Assembly (NCBI GenBank): GCA_012295275.1
Contig: CM022671.1
Location: 7,998,001-8,062,000, forward strand
Direction of reading: 5' to 3'
Length of the DNA stretch: 64,000 bases
DNA from: Chrysomallon squamiferum
Lineage: Eukaryota > Animalia > Mollusca
A model generated the notes under the pieces. It was not told the DNA's origin. It was given only the letters and a program-made list of their open reading frames with translations, and did no database searches. Positions 15,303-28,052 of this stretch are shown one piece after another; the stretch's first letter is position 1, and every line of letters begins with the position of its first letter. The position numbers and the translations under genes were made by a program.

Positions 15303-16182
15303 AGTTTCGCAATGATCATAGTGTTACACAAGATCGCACGCACACAGGTACAAACGCACTCACACACATACACGTGTAACATTAATGATGCTATTTGTTT
15401 AATTATAAAGAAAAACCGTCGGACGACACAAACCATTATCCTCGTAGAGACAGAATTCAATGACAAAAGAATTTAAAAAAAAAAAAAAAAAAAAAATGGA
15501 AACAATGCTATCCACATGTTTGGACACAAAGTCACTGAACTTTAACCTTGACCTCTTTGGGAAATCGAATGAAACACATTCGGCTTTGTCTTGGTTACAG
15601 CGGATTATTCAAATCTTGGTGTTTGTTATAATTATAAAAAAAAATTATTTTGTAATCTAACATAATTTATTGTCCGCTGCTTCATACTGTGTTTTTGTTT
15701 TCTTTACACAGAAATCTAATCTTTTAACCTGTGGTTACCGTACTTTTCAGTCACTGTGTGTGTCTCATAACCTGTCTTTGAAACTTCATCTTTCGCCCCA
15801 AACTCGATACTAATCATGCCTACGCATTTTTTCTTTTTTTATATATAATACATTTGAAATCCTACAGATAATTTCAAACTGTCTTAAGCTAACCATATCA
15901 GTAACACTGAACGTAAGCTGTTGAATTTTTCATTCTATATTAATATTACACTACTCATGCTAATTGCTTACGACGGTCTGGCGATTGGATGGTATTATTA
16001 ACCAAGATATTTTGGCGTCAAAACGACTAGCTTCTGAATAGTCGTAGAATTAAGTGTCAACCACCTTAATGTCTTTTGATATCATGCGAATTAACAGAGG
16101 TGAATGCAGGGGAGTTCCAGGCTCTCGGAACTTCTTGGGAATATTTATGAATATGGGAAAGAGGAATAGAGTTCTTGTTTTT

Positions 16183-16214
<32 letters not shown>

Positions 16215-16241
16215 TAATAATAAATATATATATAAAAAATA

Positions 16242-16274
<33 letters not shown>

Positions 16275-17114
16275 TAACAATAATTTATTAATTTACAGGT
16301 GTACTTACTATAAACAAAAAAAAAAAAATTAAGTCATTCTATTTGTTAGGTGCGGCAGTTCTAAGTTTAGTTTCAAACCATATATTGTTACAATGGCTTG
16401 ATTTATGTTTGCCGTGTTTGCTCATGTCACACATGTTTTATGACAAATGATGTAAAGCAGTGTCATGCAACACAATGCCTTGTTATGCTAAAATTAATTT
16501 CATAGCAAGTCTGTGCTTATAATAACTATGATAATAAGATAACAGACTCTTGAGGAGTAAAGTGGGTGACTTTTACAAAACAAACAATGAAATCATAAGT
16601 ATCACACACACCCACGACAAATAAAAAGATAATAAGTAAATACATACATACATACATACACACTCACACATACATACATACATACATAAATAAAATTAAT
16701 AATAATAATAATAATAAGTATATATATTCCTAAAGAAAGATAACAGACTTCAGTATGTATACGTGTTTCCTTACGGCCTCTGCCGAAAATGCCCGACGTG
16801 ATTTCCGGACAAGGTCAATAATATTTGTTATACAGATTTTGGGGTTGACCTTACTGCGCCTCTGTCTGTCGTAATACGAGAATGTCTTCGTTGTTAAATA
16901 CAATGTGCTTTTAAAGCGTAGATTCGCTGCACGTAAAATAAATGTTAACACTAACGAGGACTGAACGTACAAACGTCTAGACTCAACTTTTAAACCGGAC
17001 AATTACCCGTTTGCCATTGATATGTTAATTTATGTGCAGAAATTGTAAAAACGCTTTCATGAAAAATGATACAAAAGCGCACACTTTAGCAATATATGAC
17101 AGACGGTATTTCAT

Positions 17115-17172
<58 letters not shown>

Positions 17173-17513
17173 ATCTTGTGTATTAACGGATCTATGTAGC
17201 GCCTTACAAGTATCAAAACAACCCATAGGCCATCCATTAGGGACTTAAACACACACTGTCGATATTCATTCGTAATGTTATATTAAATATTACAGTATCC
17301 TGAATGAAGCGATGTAACGTAATGGGCTTTTTAGAAATAAAAACGTCAGTTTTACGTAATGCTATATAATACTTCTCGATTTTTCTCTAATAAATAACGC
17401 TGAAGTAGACACCTTATTCAAATAATTGTACCTAAATTCACCCGTTATATATAAAATGTATTCATTTAGTTCTTAACGTTTTAATTTTAAAGGTGTACAA
17501 TGAAAAGGATCAC

Positions 17514-17552
<39 letters not shown>

Positions 17553-18253
17553 ACGCGCGAGCGTATGTAAAACATTTCTGACTCACTGCTGTTAAAACTG
17601 TCATACAGATTTAAAGTTTTACGTTCAAACTCAGTGTTCAGCGAAGCATAAAATTATAATTCGTCCTATAAAACTACGTGATTCGCTAATCTTAATATCA
17701 AAAGGGCGGTTGAGCAGTTTGTAACTTGATACTTGTAATTTCGAGTAGAGGTGGAAATCACTTCTGAAAATTGTTTATTTTTTTTCTATGACGTCATCCT
17801 CCTTCACGGAAATAACGAGACGCGCCTTGTAAAAAACAACATTCGTATTACTCCGACAATAGCGATTTACCGCGGGCTGGGTTCTATCTACTAAATGCTA
17901 TATTTATCATCGATATATCAATGTCAGAGTTTGATATGGTTTTTCAGTGATATCATTTTTACACGAACCAGCTGACAGGGCCCTCACAAGAGGAGAGACT
18001 ACACTACAGAAAACAGTCTTTCCTTGAATATGTTAGAAGCCTTCCATTAAAGAAAAATGTAACAACATTTCATTATTTGTCTTCAGTGTAACCGGCCTTT
18101 TGATAACACATCTAGAATACGTTACGTCTGCGTATAAGTTTCCATCATCCAATAAAGAAACTGTTATCATGAATTTGGACATTGTGTCGTACAGCAAAAA
18201 AAGATCAGATTATTTTATTGGCTATGAAACAAAATATATTTCATTTTTTGTAC

Positions 18254-18299
<46 letters not shown>

Positions 18300-20785
18300 G
18301 GCAGAAACACGCGCGCACATAATATCACCACACTTACATTTCGCCTTCGTAATGAAAACAGTGGATAACACCTTAACGTTGAATCTTTGAAGAATGTCTC
18401 GACATTTTGTTTCTTTTATTTAATTCAATAATTACATGTATGTGTATCTATTATTTATATGAATACGGCTATGGCTCGTTGCTCAGGAAATGTATTTACT
18501 GTGCGTAGTAGACAAAAGTTGCATAGCTTTTGTTAATACAGCACGGGGTAATATCAGCTAATGCACACAAAAAGAGTATTATACACAGAAACGTAACATA
18601 CATCAGACAGTTTATTGATAACCAACAGCGCTATCCTTGATACCAACTAGAGTGTAAAAAACACAGAGGGATACTTTATAGAAACATAAATGTATATAAA
18701 CCTTTCTTTTCAATTCTCGACATATCAATGCTCTGGAGTAGGTACCATGTTCTACGTCATATACTTAGAGGATTATAAACTGAAATTCTGTAATTTTTTA
18801 AAGTTCAGTGACTTTGTGTCCAAACATGTGGAAAGCATTGTTTCTAGTTTTTTTTTTTTTTTTTTTTTTGTTGTTTTTTTTAAATTCTTTTGTTATTGAA
18901 TTCCTGTCTATACGAGGATAATGGTTGCGTCCTCCGACGGTTTTTTCTTCACCAGGCTGTTCACGGATTGCACGGACTAAGCAAAAATTAGTAAAATAAA
19001 CATATTTACCGTATGTGAACACAAGTGAAATAAACATATATTTTCTATAAAATATATATAATTATAAGTCCAGTATATAGTTTTAATGTTTAATTCTTGA
19101 AAAATAAATAAATAAATAAATAAATAAATAAAATAGATAAATAAAAATAAAAATAATAATAATAAATAACTTAAAAAAAATTTAAAAAATAAAAAAAAAA
19201 AAATTCAAGAAAAGAAACCGTTATTACCGAAGCATTCATTCTGTGTGGTCCTTCTTTTTCACCAGAAGATAGAGTCTTTTACAAATTACTTTGTTTTCCA
19301 TTAATGATGAACGCCATAATGAACTCTGCGTTATTTTTATTTTATTTTTTATGCCGGATCGAATATACTGCGATGAATCAAGGTAGCCGTCATCAGCAAC
19401 ACATGTTACCATATTAAGTGTTAAATACATGTATTTAGTGCGAGTTAATAGCTCACAACGATAAGAAAAGCCTATTGTGTCCAGAGATGGATTCACGACT
19501 TCAGAAACGAGTTGAAATTAGTTTTATTAAAATGAATAAGAAAAATCATTGATAGAAAAAAAAAACTTTTGCCGGAGCGCTCTATATGGGTCAAGAGAGG
19601 GTGTTTGAACTGATACAGAAGATTTAAATTTAGGTCATCTTTTGTTTGTCCACAATATTATGTTGTTGATATTATCTAGAAGTATAGGTATCTAATCTAC
19701 GGCAAGCTAAGACATTTCAGTAACTCACAGTAATTGTATATATTTCACCCTGCAGTGTACAGCAGTGCTTCTTGACAGTTTATCTCAAAATTTCATGCAC
19801 AAACGAATTTATTTAATTTAATAGTTTTTTTTTTTTTTTTTTAATAATGTATCAGTTCATCTGTCTTGCTTCTTGAGAGTTTATCATAGAATTTCGTTCA
19901 GAAACAACTGCATTTTCTTCATAGGTTTTAAAAAATAAAAATAAAAAATATCGCTTAATCTGTCTTACGTTTCATTCATTAGAAAATAAACTGAATTATT
20001 TTATTCATTGATTCAAGAGCATTAAGTTATATATATACTCTTTACGCTTTCAGACAGTATATTATTTCACTAGAATGTTACTAAAAGAAATGAAAATAAT
20101 TTAAAGAATAATAAGAGTAAAAATGAAATGAAAGGAAAGGAAAGGAAATAAAATAAAATAAATTAGGGAAAAATTCATGTTTTCCATTGAGTTGTTTGTT
20201 GTTGTGGTTAAAAAAAAACAAGAATACAAGGAAAAAAAAATCTAAATCAAAACAAACAATAATAATAATTAACAAAAATGTTGATTCTGAACAGGAAAGC
20301 TATTTTTAATATGTTTACAAAAATGGAGGCAATTTTTAAAGTTTTACTCATTGCAGACATGTCATTTGTTATAAATGTATAATCATTAAGTGTTCAAGAA
20401 ATGTGAGAAATATTCATAAAAATGAATAAGTTTATTTTGACCGAAGGTTAATCTCTGGTAACAATAAACTTGTTCATTTAGTTACTGTATCGTGTATCCT
20501 AGTGAGTCGTCCGTTTTTCAAATTTTCGTCTGGTTTTCACAGTGACTTATGAAAACAAGATCCAAGGTACATTGTCAACAAAAAAACCATCATCTATTTC
20601 AGAAATCTTCTGTCAAACAAACATCCGTGAAGCTTATGTGACATCAAACATTAGTAAAACTGTATAGTATAGCTAGCATTATAATATACTATAAACGAAA
20701 TACACACACAGACAAATATAAAATTATCAAGATTTAAGCGTTTTCTCCCCGAATGAAATATAAATTCATTTAAATTCTTTCTTTC

Positions 20786-20849
<64 letters not shown>

Positions 20850-21133
20850 TTTATTTATTTATTTATTTATATAGTGAACATGGAGAGTACGGACTGCGAT
20901 ATCGGACAATACCTTCTCTCCGATCAAGACATCTATCGTATCTGGGGCAACCCGCCATTTACAAATGCCGGCACGGGGACACGTGACAGGTGCGTCATAA
21001 CACTGAGAACAAAAGTCGAAGGCAGATTGTTGAAAATAAAAGTTGCATACGTTCAGTTCAACGACAATGGCATTCACCTGAACGTGTACGATTACAGATC
21101 TCCAGTTACACCAAAGGTAAGCGGTCTAGAATT

Positions 21134-21202
<69 letters not shown>

Positions 21203-21280
21203 AGCCAGAACGAGGCATCATGGTCTTAGTGGCAGCCCATACCATAAAAAAAATCTTTAAAAATGAAGTAATTAAACTAA

Positions 21281-21351
<71 letters not shown>

Positions 21352-23844
21352 TGTACATACATTACAGTAAGCGTATCAAACACGTGAGCTCCTAGTTAAC
21401 ATTACAGAATATTTATATATTTTTCTCAGTACGTGCTGACGAGCGATTCCGGACCAGCCGACTGGGAGCTGAGACCCCCAGTGAAGTTTGAACTTGTCAA
21501 ACAGTCGACTGCAGCCAGAACGTACAGAGTAGACATATTAGTTACTACAGATCAAGGTAAATCCAGCGGTTATTAATCATAGCCATACTAAGAAATTTAC
21601 TGTCGATCTACCCACTTAAATTAACGTATGTATCATTATCTGTATTTGTCTGTTTATATACATCTACACAGATTGGCTCAGATATAACAACAGGTTGGTG
21701 TGTTATTTTCAATGAAGTGCTATTCTGTCGAAGAACACATCGAAGTTAATGGGGAAAAAAAATATATATATATAAAAAATAAATTTAATATCGTTTATTC
21801 TGTCGAAGAGTGAGTTGAAAAACGCTCCAAAAAAAAAAAAAAAAAAAAAAAAAAATAAATAAATAAATAAATAAAATAATAATAATAATAAAATACATAA
21901 ATATAAATAAAATAAATAAATATCGTTTATAAATACAGTGAAAGCATTAAATAACTCCGTGAACATTTTCTAAATATTTCAGTGTATAAATCCTACTGGA
22001 CTAGATTTGGGCCACCATGCATATTAAATGAGCTTTTAAGTGAAATTGGCTCCTTTTTTTCATTCTATAAATAATTATAATTATGATGATGATATTATTG
22101 ATGATGTATTAAAATTTGATTATAAATCTTAGAGTGTTGGATAATCATAGCTTGAATTTTGGCGCTAGTCGAATCGGTGAGTGTATCCACGAATGACGTA
22201 CGTGAACATTAAAGAGCGTAAACACGTTAATCAGCTTGGTTGATTTAACACGTATCTTTTCATTTGCAAAGTGTTCAATAATACATATCAGTCCTGGCTC
22301 AAATGATAGTATTTAATATTAATATTTAAAATTTCTGTATTGACTGAAAACAAACATCAGCTGCTTAGCAATTCCATTTTGATCATTCTTCTTACTGGAT
22401 AAAATAGTCAAAAGTTAAAATATGTGAGTGTATGTCTGTGTGTGTTTATGTGTGCGTGCGTGTGCGTGCGTATATTGTGTGTATATATGTTTCTGTTTAT
22501 TTATGCTTTGTGTATATACTTTTTTGTTTATTTATGCGTGTCTGTAATTATGACTGTATCTCTACATCTATGTTGTGTTTTCGTGTGTAATAAATACATT
22601 TGCTTCCAGGTCCTGACATTGGGTTTGAACAGAGTGTCAACGAGTACCAGGGTCAGACGCTGACGATTGGTGCTATTGTTGGAATTGCAATAGGCGGCGG
22701 TCTTTTCTTTCTGGCTCTGATAGGCATTTGTATTTACTGCATCGTCAAATTCCGACGAAAGAGGCTGTCGAAGGAACGAGAAGCAGCATCAGTGACAGCA
22801 GGCTCAACGGTGTATTCATCAAGTAAGGAAAAATATTACTCAGACTCCAAAGTGCATATAGGTAGGGATTTTATGCCTCCGAAACGCGTTCCCTCTTCAC
22901 GAACATACAGCAGCCAGCACTCACAAAGTGACCACAAAGACACGGAAATCTTTATTGTCAAAGATCAATACGGTAACCACCCAGCTACTTTCAAAAACAA
23001 CGCGTTCAGTCGCGACAGCAGCAGTGGAGGTCTGTCAAGGGATGACGACAATTTCGACAGAGAAGCGCGCACGCGCAGATCGTACGAGAAAAGCAAAGAG
23101 TATCCTGTTTACGATAACTATGACCGCCGGGTAGGGAAAGATTCTAAGCCTCAGTCTGTTAAGAGCGGTGAGTTCAGACGAGGCGACGCCAGAAGACAGT
23201 CGGCGGGAAAGAGCAGACGATATCCGACCAGTGATGAAAGCGATCGCGCAGACGGAAGGAATTTCAAAACATATCCGAGTGAAGTAAAACGTGAGATGTC
23301 AAAACGTCAAGCTCCAGAGAAAAAGTCGTACAAATATGATACCAGAAACCAGCCACCAAAATATGACGAATTCGACAACCTTCGCGGTACCTATTCAAGA
23401 AGTCATTCCACGAAGAGAGACAATCGCCATTCAGCAGCACAATACGAAGAATACGAACCTCGTCGAAGCAGGAATTACTCAACAAAAGATGATCGAAATT
23501 CGGCGAGATATGAAGACTACGACTTTCACCGAAGGGAACATTCCACGAGTCGAGACGAAGCGAGACGGAGTAATCCGAAGCGACAGTCTGTTGGCCGAGA
23601 TCCTCGCAGGGAAACTGGTAGTGTTAAACGAAGCCATTCTCCTTACCGAGAGGAGCACTATCCACAGAGACCAGTTGAAAAGGAAACGAGACACTCCCCG
23701 GCGAATGTCAGCAGACAGAACTCTAGAAAAAGCTCCTACAGTGGAAAGGAGAGCTTATCGAGGAAAGGAAAACAGCCGACAAAGCTCGGAGATCTGAATA
23801 TTAATTCTCGATACGGCAATCGTGGGCAACTTCCAAAACGTTAA
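11136..23844 (+). CDS. Type I membrane protein A: signal peptide, CUB-like ectodomain, TM, long R/S/D/Y-rich disordered tail (isoform 1, ~560 aa). Coding exons 11136-11214, 20875-21116, 21430-21556, 22610-23844
   Basis: MDRITTTVILLYLNVYTALG signal-like peptide ending T|gtaagt (phase 1). Exon LNMESTDC...RDRCVITL...LKIKVAYVQFNDNGIHLNVYD (phase 0 donor 21117), exon YVLTSDSGP...YRVDILVTTDQ (phase 1 donor 21557), TM IGAIVGIAIGGGLFFLALIGICIYCIV followed by KFRRKR stop-transfer. All phases join in frame. Confidence 0.8.
12801..13008. repeat. 25-bp minisatellite (T/G)ATAAAACCAACACACATACACTCA, ~8 copies
   Basis: Directly visible tandem units starting 12801, 12826, 12851, 12876, 12901, 12926, 12951, 12976. 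Confidence 0.95.
17118..17170. repeat. (CT)n microsatellite
   Basis: Direct observation. Confidence 0.98.
20786..20870. repeat. (TTAC)n(TTAT)n compound microsatellite abutting a splice acceptor
   Basis: Direct observation; AG at 20873-20874. Confidence 0.95.
21137..21349. repeat. (GA)n and (CA)n microsatellites in a short intron
   Basis: (GA)n 21137-21200; (CA)n 21288-21349. Confidence 0.97.
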
Positions 23845-25307
23845 ATCGAAGATGATTCCATATTTATTAAATTCCTACACCAGAGTAATCAAAGTGGATC
23901 GGAGCTTAAATTACATTTATTTCATTTAAACCAACCATCACATACAGGTTTTTTGTTGTTTTTATTCAAATGTTCCTGTGAACATCAGACATAGCAAGTG
24001 TGTCTGTTGTGTGTGTATGTCCCTGACTCAGACTGTCGACTAGACGTGCACAAGAATAAGAAGTAAATCAGGTCTTCAAACGTAGTGCTATGGTGCAAAT
24101 ATCCATTATAAAAACCTAACAGTGAAAATGTGAAACTCTTGTTTCGCTATTTATAGAAAATATATGTATATATTTTTGTATATTTTTATATTATTATTCT
24201 CAAAATATTTTGTAGAAGATATTGTCTCACTAATTATCATCTTCTAACACGTTTTTAACTCATATTTTTTCTTTAGATTTTCCTTTTCTTAGCATTACTT
24301 AGCATACATGTAAATATTTTAATACTATTACTAAAATTTATTTTTATAACATACAGATGACAAATATTTTAGCACGGAAAAGGTTCTAAATTAAAGTTAC
24401 ATATCTTAAATTATACTTTTTAAAATGATAAAAAATTAAAAAAAAAACCAGAAAGAATACCATTTAGATAAAATTTCCAAGAATTTCTCATCGAAAAAAA
24501 AAAAAATCCATTAAAAATAAATAAATAAATAAATAAATAATAGAAAAAGGAAGTAAGTAAATTTAATCAAATGCAAAACTTTTTTTTGAAATACATAATA
24601 TTCGTAATAAATTTCATTTTATTATTATTTTTAAAATTTGTTATAACTCAAAGATTAACACGCTTTCATCCACTTTTTCTACGGTCATTTTATATGTCAT
24701 TATTTTTTTTAAATACTTTTTGAAGCATTAAATATATATTACTAATTTGTGGCTTTTGTTATAATGCTCGTAAAACAAACAATACGTTATTGATAGACAC
24801 AAAACATTACAGTGTACAAAACAGATTATTCTTATGTTTTTTTCTGTTACAGTTAATTTGTATTCTTGAACTGTAAAGGTTTGTGAACAATAATTTGTCA
24901 CTTCGTAATGCCAGTGTTAAAAGACGCTAAGATTCACTGACTGCTGCAAAAAGTCTACAGTTTACTGAGTTGTTTTTGAAAATTAAACAACATGATTATG
25001 TCTTCTGAAAGAGTTAATGGAACGCATTTGGGAGGCAACTGAATCGTTTACGGATAAATAGCAATATGTGATTTGTTGTAATAAAGTATGACACAAATTT
25101 GAAAACTCGGTGGTGGAGCTGTAAAATAATTTTTATACTCATGTTGTAAAATGTTTCATTTTCCTTTTAGTAATTATAACAGTTGTAACAATTACAAAAA
25201 AAAACACAAACAAAACCCACAATAACATCCCATCAAAATAAATGATTATATTATCAATAATTTCAATACAATCAGCTAAGTTAACTTTTTTTTTTCTTTC
25301 AATTCAG

Positions 25308-26032
25308 CTGCCTCCCAAGTGCTATTCTCTCCCCCGACCGATCGGTACCCCACGAATAAGGACGCTGATAGCCGGAACTCCAGTCTATCGTCAAACGAAG
25401 GCCAGAGTAACTACGTGTACCCAAACCCAGCCTTCGAAGGGCGGCAGACGGCTAAAAGAAACAGACGAGACCCGGATGCTCACGATGGAAAAGGCGTCTT
25501 CAACGAAGCGTTCGAGACGTCCGAGTATGACTCGTCGGACAGCCAGACGTCTGGTGGGGGACACCGCTACAGCAAGTACCAGCCGACGAACGGACCGATC
25601 AATCGAGAGAGGAGCGGCAGTGCGCGCAGTCGCTCGCTGGACAGGAAAAGAAAAGCTAGCGAAACCAGCCGAGATGGGAAAGATCCGAGAGGAAAACCGA
25701 GCAGACGACCTAGGTCTTCAAACGGAGGCCATCATGGAAGCAGGTCAGGACGACACAGTGGCGGCAGTGGCGGCAGTCACAGTCGCAGACACGGTTCTCA
25801 CAGGTCGAGGTCAAGGTCGCCGGGTTCTTCGAGGTCGTCGGAGCACAAAAGGCCAACAGTGGACCCGGATGCAATGGGTTCTAGTGGAGTTTATAGGTTT
25901 TATAAAAAAGGTTACGAAGAATCGAGAACAAGTGATGATTCAACGAGTAGTACCAGAAGCGCCAGTAAGCGAGTTTCGTACGATTTAACAGGACTTCCTG
26001 GTAGAGAAAAAGAACTCCAAAGTCAGGTCTGA
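25308..26032 (+). CDS. Alternative terminal coding exon of membrane protein A (isoform 2 tail, ending ...KELQSQV*)
   Basis: Strong polypyrimidine tract plus CAG at 25305-25307. Open phase-1 frame of 725 nt, R/S/G/H-rich. Compatible phase-1 internal donors lie in the TM exon at 22823 (A|GTAAGG) and 22862 (G|GTAGGG). Confidence 0.7.
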
Positions 26033-27857
26033 TTTGTTGGATATCGACTAACTAATGCAACAAATCATCACTAAGTATTGTCAAAATAAGGTCTTCCAAA
26101 AAGTTTCACACTCAGAAATTCTTACGAGACCATCCCAAGTCTCAAAAAAAAAAAAAAAAACAAAAAAAAAAACAATGTGGCAGGAAAATTATTTACTTGA
26201 TGAAGATGAAATTATGAAACGAGAACATACCAACGTAAGGCTGGTACATTCTACATAAGAAAGAAACTTATGTACGCAAAACAATTTTTAAATTTGTGTT
26301 TATTATTATTATTTTTTTTTTCTATTATTATTTTTATATTCTTAACTCTTGTGCAATGCAGTGAGCACATATATTACTGCGTGTTTGTAATTATTACAAA
26401 ATTATGTAAATTATTTTTTTTTATACGTGACCGATGGTGAACATTTTTCCAAATTTTACTTTAAAAAATTGTGAGAATTGTGAGGCAGCATGAAATAAAA
26501 ATGCTGTACGCATGTCTTTATTGTAAGGCATAAAAAAAAGAATTTAAAAACAAAATACAGAAAAGAAGAGAAAAACAAGAACCAAACGCCTTTCAATAAT
26601 GCAACTTTGGCAAATAAGCCTGGAACGGGTTAAAACCCCATTGCATTGTATTTTATATAAAAAGAATCTAGTATATTACATTTCATAACAAATGAATTAA
26701 TCATATTGTCTTATCACACATAGAAACTCTAAAAAAATATATATATATTTACGAATGGCATTATTGTTCTTATTATCATTCCTTTCACAACGACATTTGG
26801 AGGATAGCTTAGTTTTGAAACACACACTTACATTCATTGAAAATACTGCACCGGTCTTTTTGGAAAATAAGAAATAAATTTATAAAATGTACGGGATGAA
26901 TCAACATGTAATAATAATATAAAATAATATACAAAAGGTGACGGTGCGATAGTTTTTGGGGTCTTTTTTATGGGTGTATGGGTATAATAATAATGTATTT
27001 TGTCTGTACTAGCCAATATGTGTTCAAATGATTGTTTTTAATGTGTCTGTAATGGATTGGACAAACAACCAAAATACATTTGTATACTTCCAGATCATTT
27101 TTGTTGTTATCTCTTTGTTATAGTTTGTAATAAACAGTTATTAACGATCTGGTTAATTATTTGAGCCTGTAATCTGGACGTATACAAAATGCATTTGGGC
27201 TATATTTTCATACAGATATGGGTAGACTTATTTGAATGATATGTTGATTATAATTTTTTTTTTTTTTTACGTATAAGAAAACATCATCTTAAAATGTGTT
27301 TAATGAATCTTTTTTAATGTCAGTTTTGACATATGCGTGCTTTTTATTTGTTTGATTGTTTCTTCGTTTTTAATCTGTTATTGTTTTGTTTTTAGTTTTT
27401 AAAAGTGTTGTGGAAAACTGCAAGAAATCAAAGATAAAACTGAAATAGTTTAGTTTTCATGGATAATTTACAGTTTAATATTTTGTTCACAGTTTAATTT
27501 GCAGTCTGGTTTTCAAGAAGTCGGTTCGTCTGCTTCCGTAAATACTATCTTCTACAAGACTAGTATGTATTTGTTACAGTTATTGGTCTAATATTTACAA
27601 ATTACTGGTCTAGTAATTACTATGTATTTTTCTTTAATTTACTAGCTGTTATATTAATCTAGTATTTATTAATTGATAATTGTAGCATTTATAGTTATTT
27701 TTATACACATCAAACATTCCAGCGTGTTTCTGTTCTGTCCATTTATACTCTAGTTTAAATGAGACTAATAATGGCAACCATACCTACCACCAATCCGATG
27801 AGGAATTATTTTTCTTTGTACACAGATTTTTTTTTTAACCGTTTTTTTTTCTTTCGT

Positions 27858-27859
<2 letters not shown>

Positions 27860-27892
<33 letters not shown>

Positions 27893-27894
27893 AA

Positions 27895-27929
<35 letters not shown>

Positions 27930-27996
27930 TCATTCCTCCTTTATATATATATATGTTTTTATTTTTTCAGTCAAATGAGTATTATTATTATTACTA

Positions 27997-28052
<56 letters not shown>
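27860..28052. repeat. (CAT)n/(TAT)n trinucleotide microsatellites
   Basis: Direct observation; source of the spurious poly-Ile ORF. Confidence 0.97.

Noticed and set aside
23291-23797. 168-aa alternate-frame ORF inside tail 1
   Set aside because: Shadow frame of the real exon, with no motifs or independent start context.
25242-25988. 248-aa overlapping ORF as a dual-coding frame
   Set aside because: It begins in intron/polypyrimidine sequence, and I found no matching phase-0 donor use. The other frame carries the meaningful motifs, and open alternate frames are expected in such low-complexity purine-rich exons.
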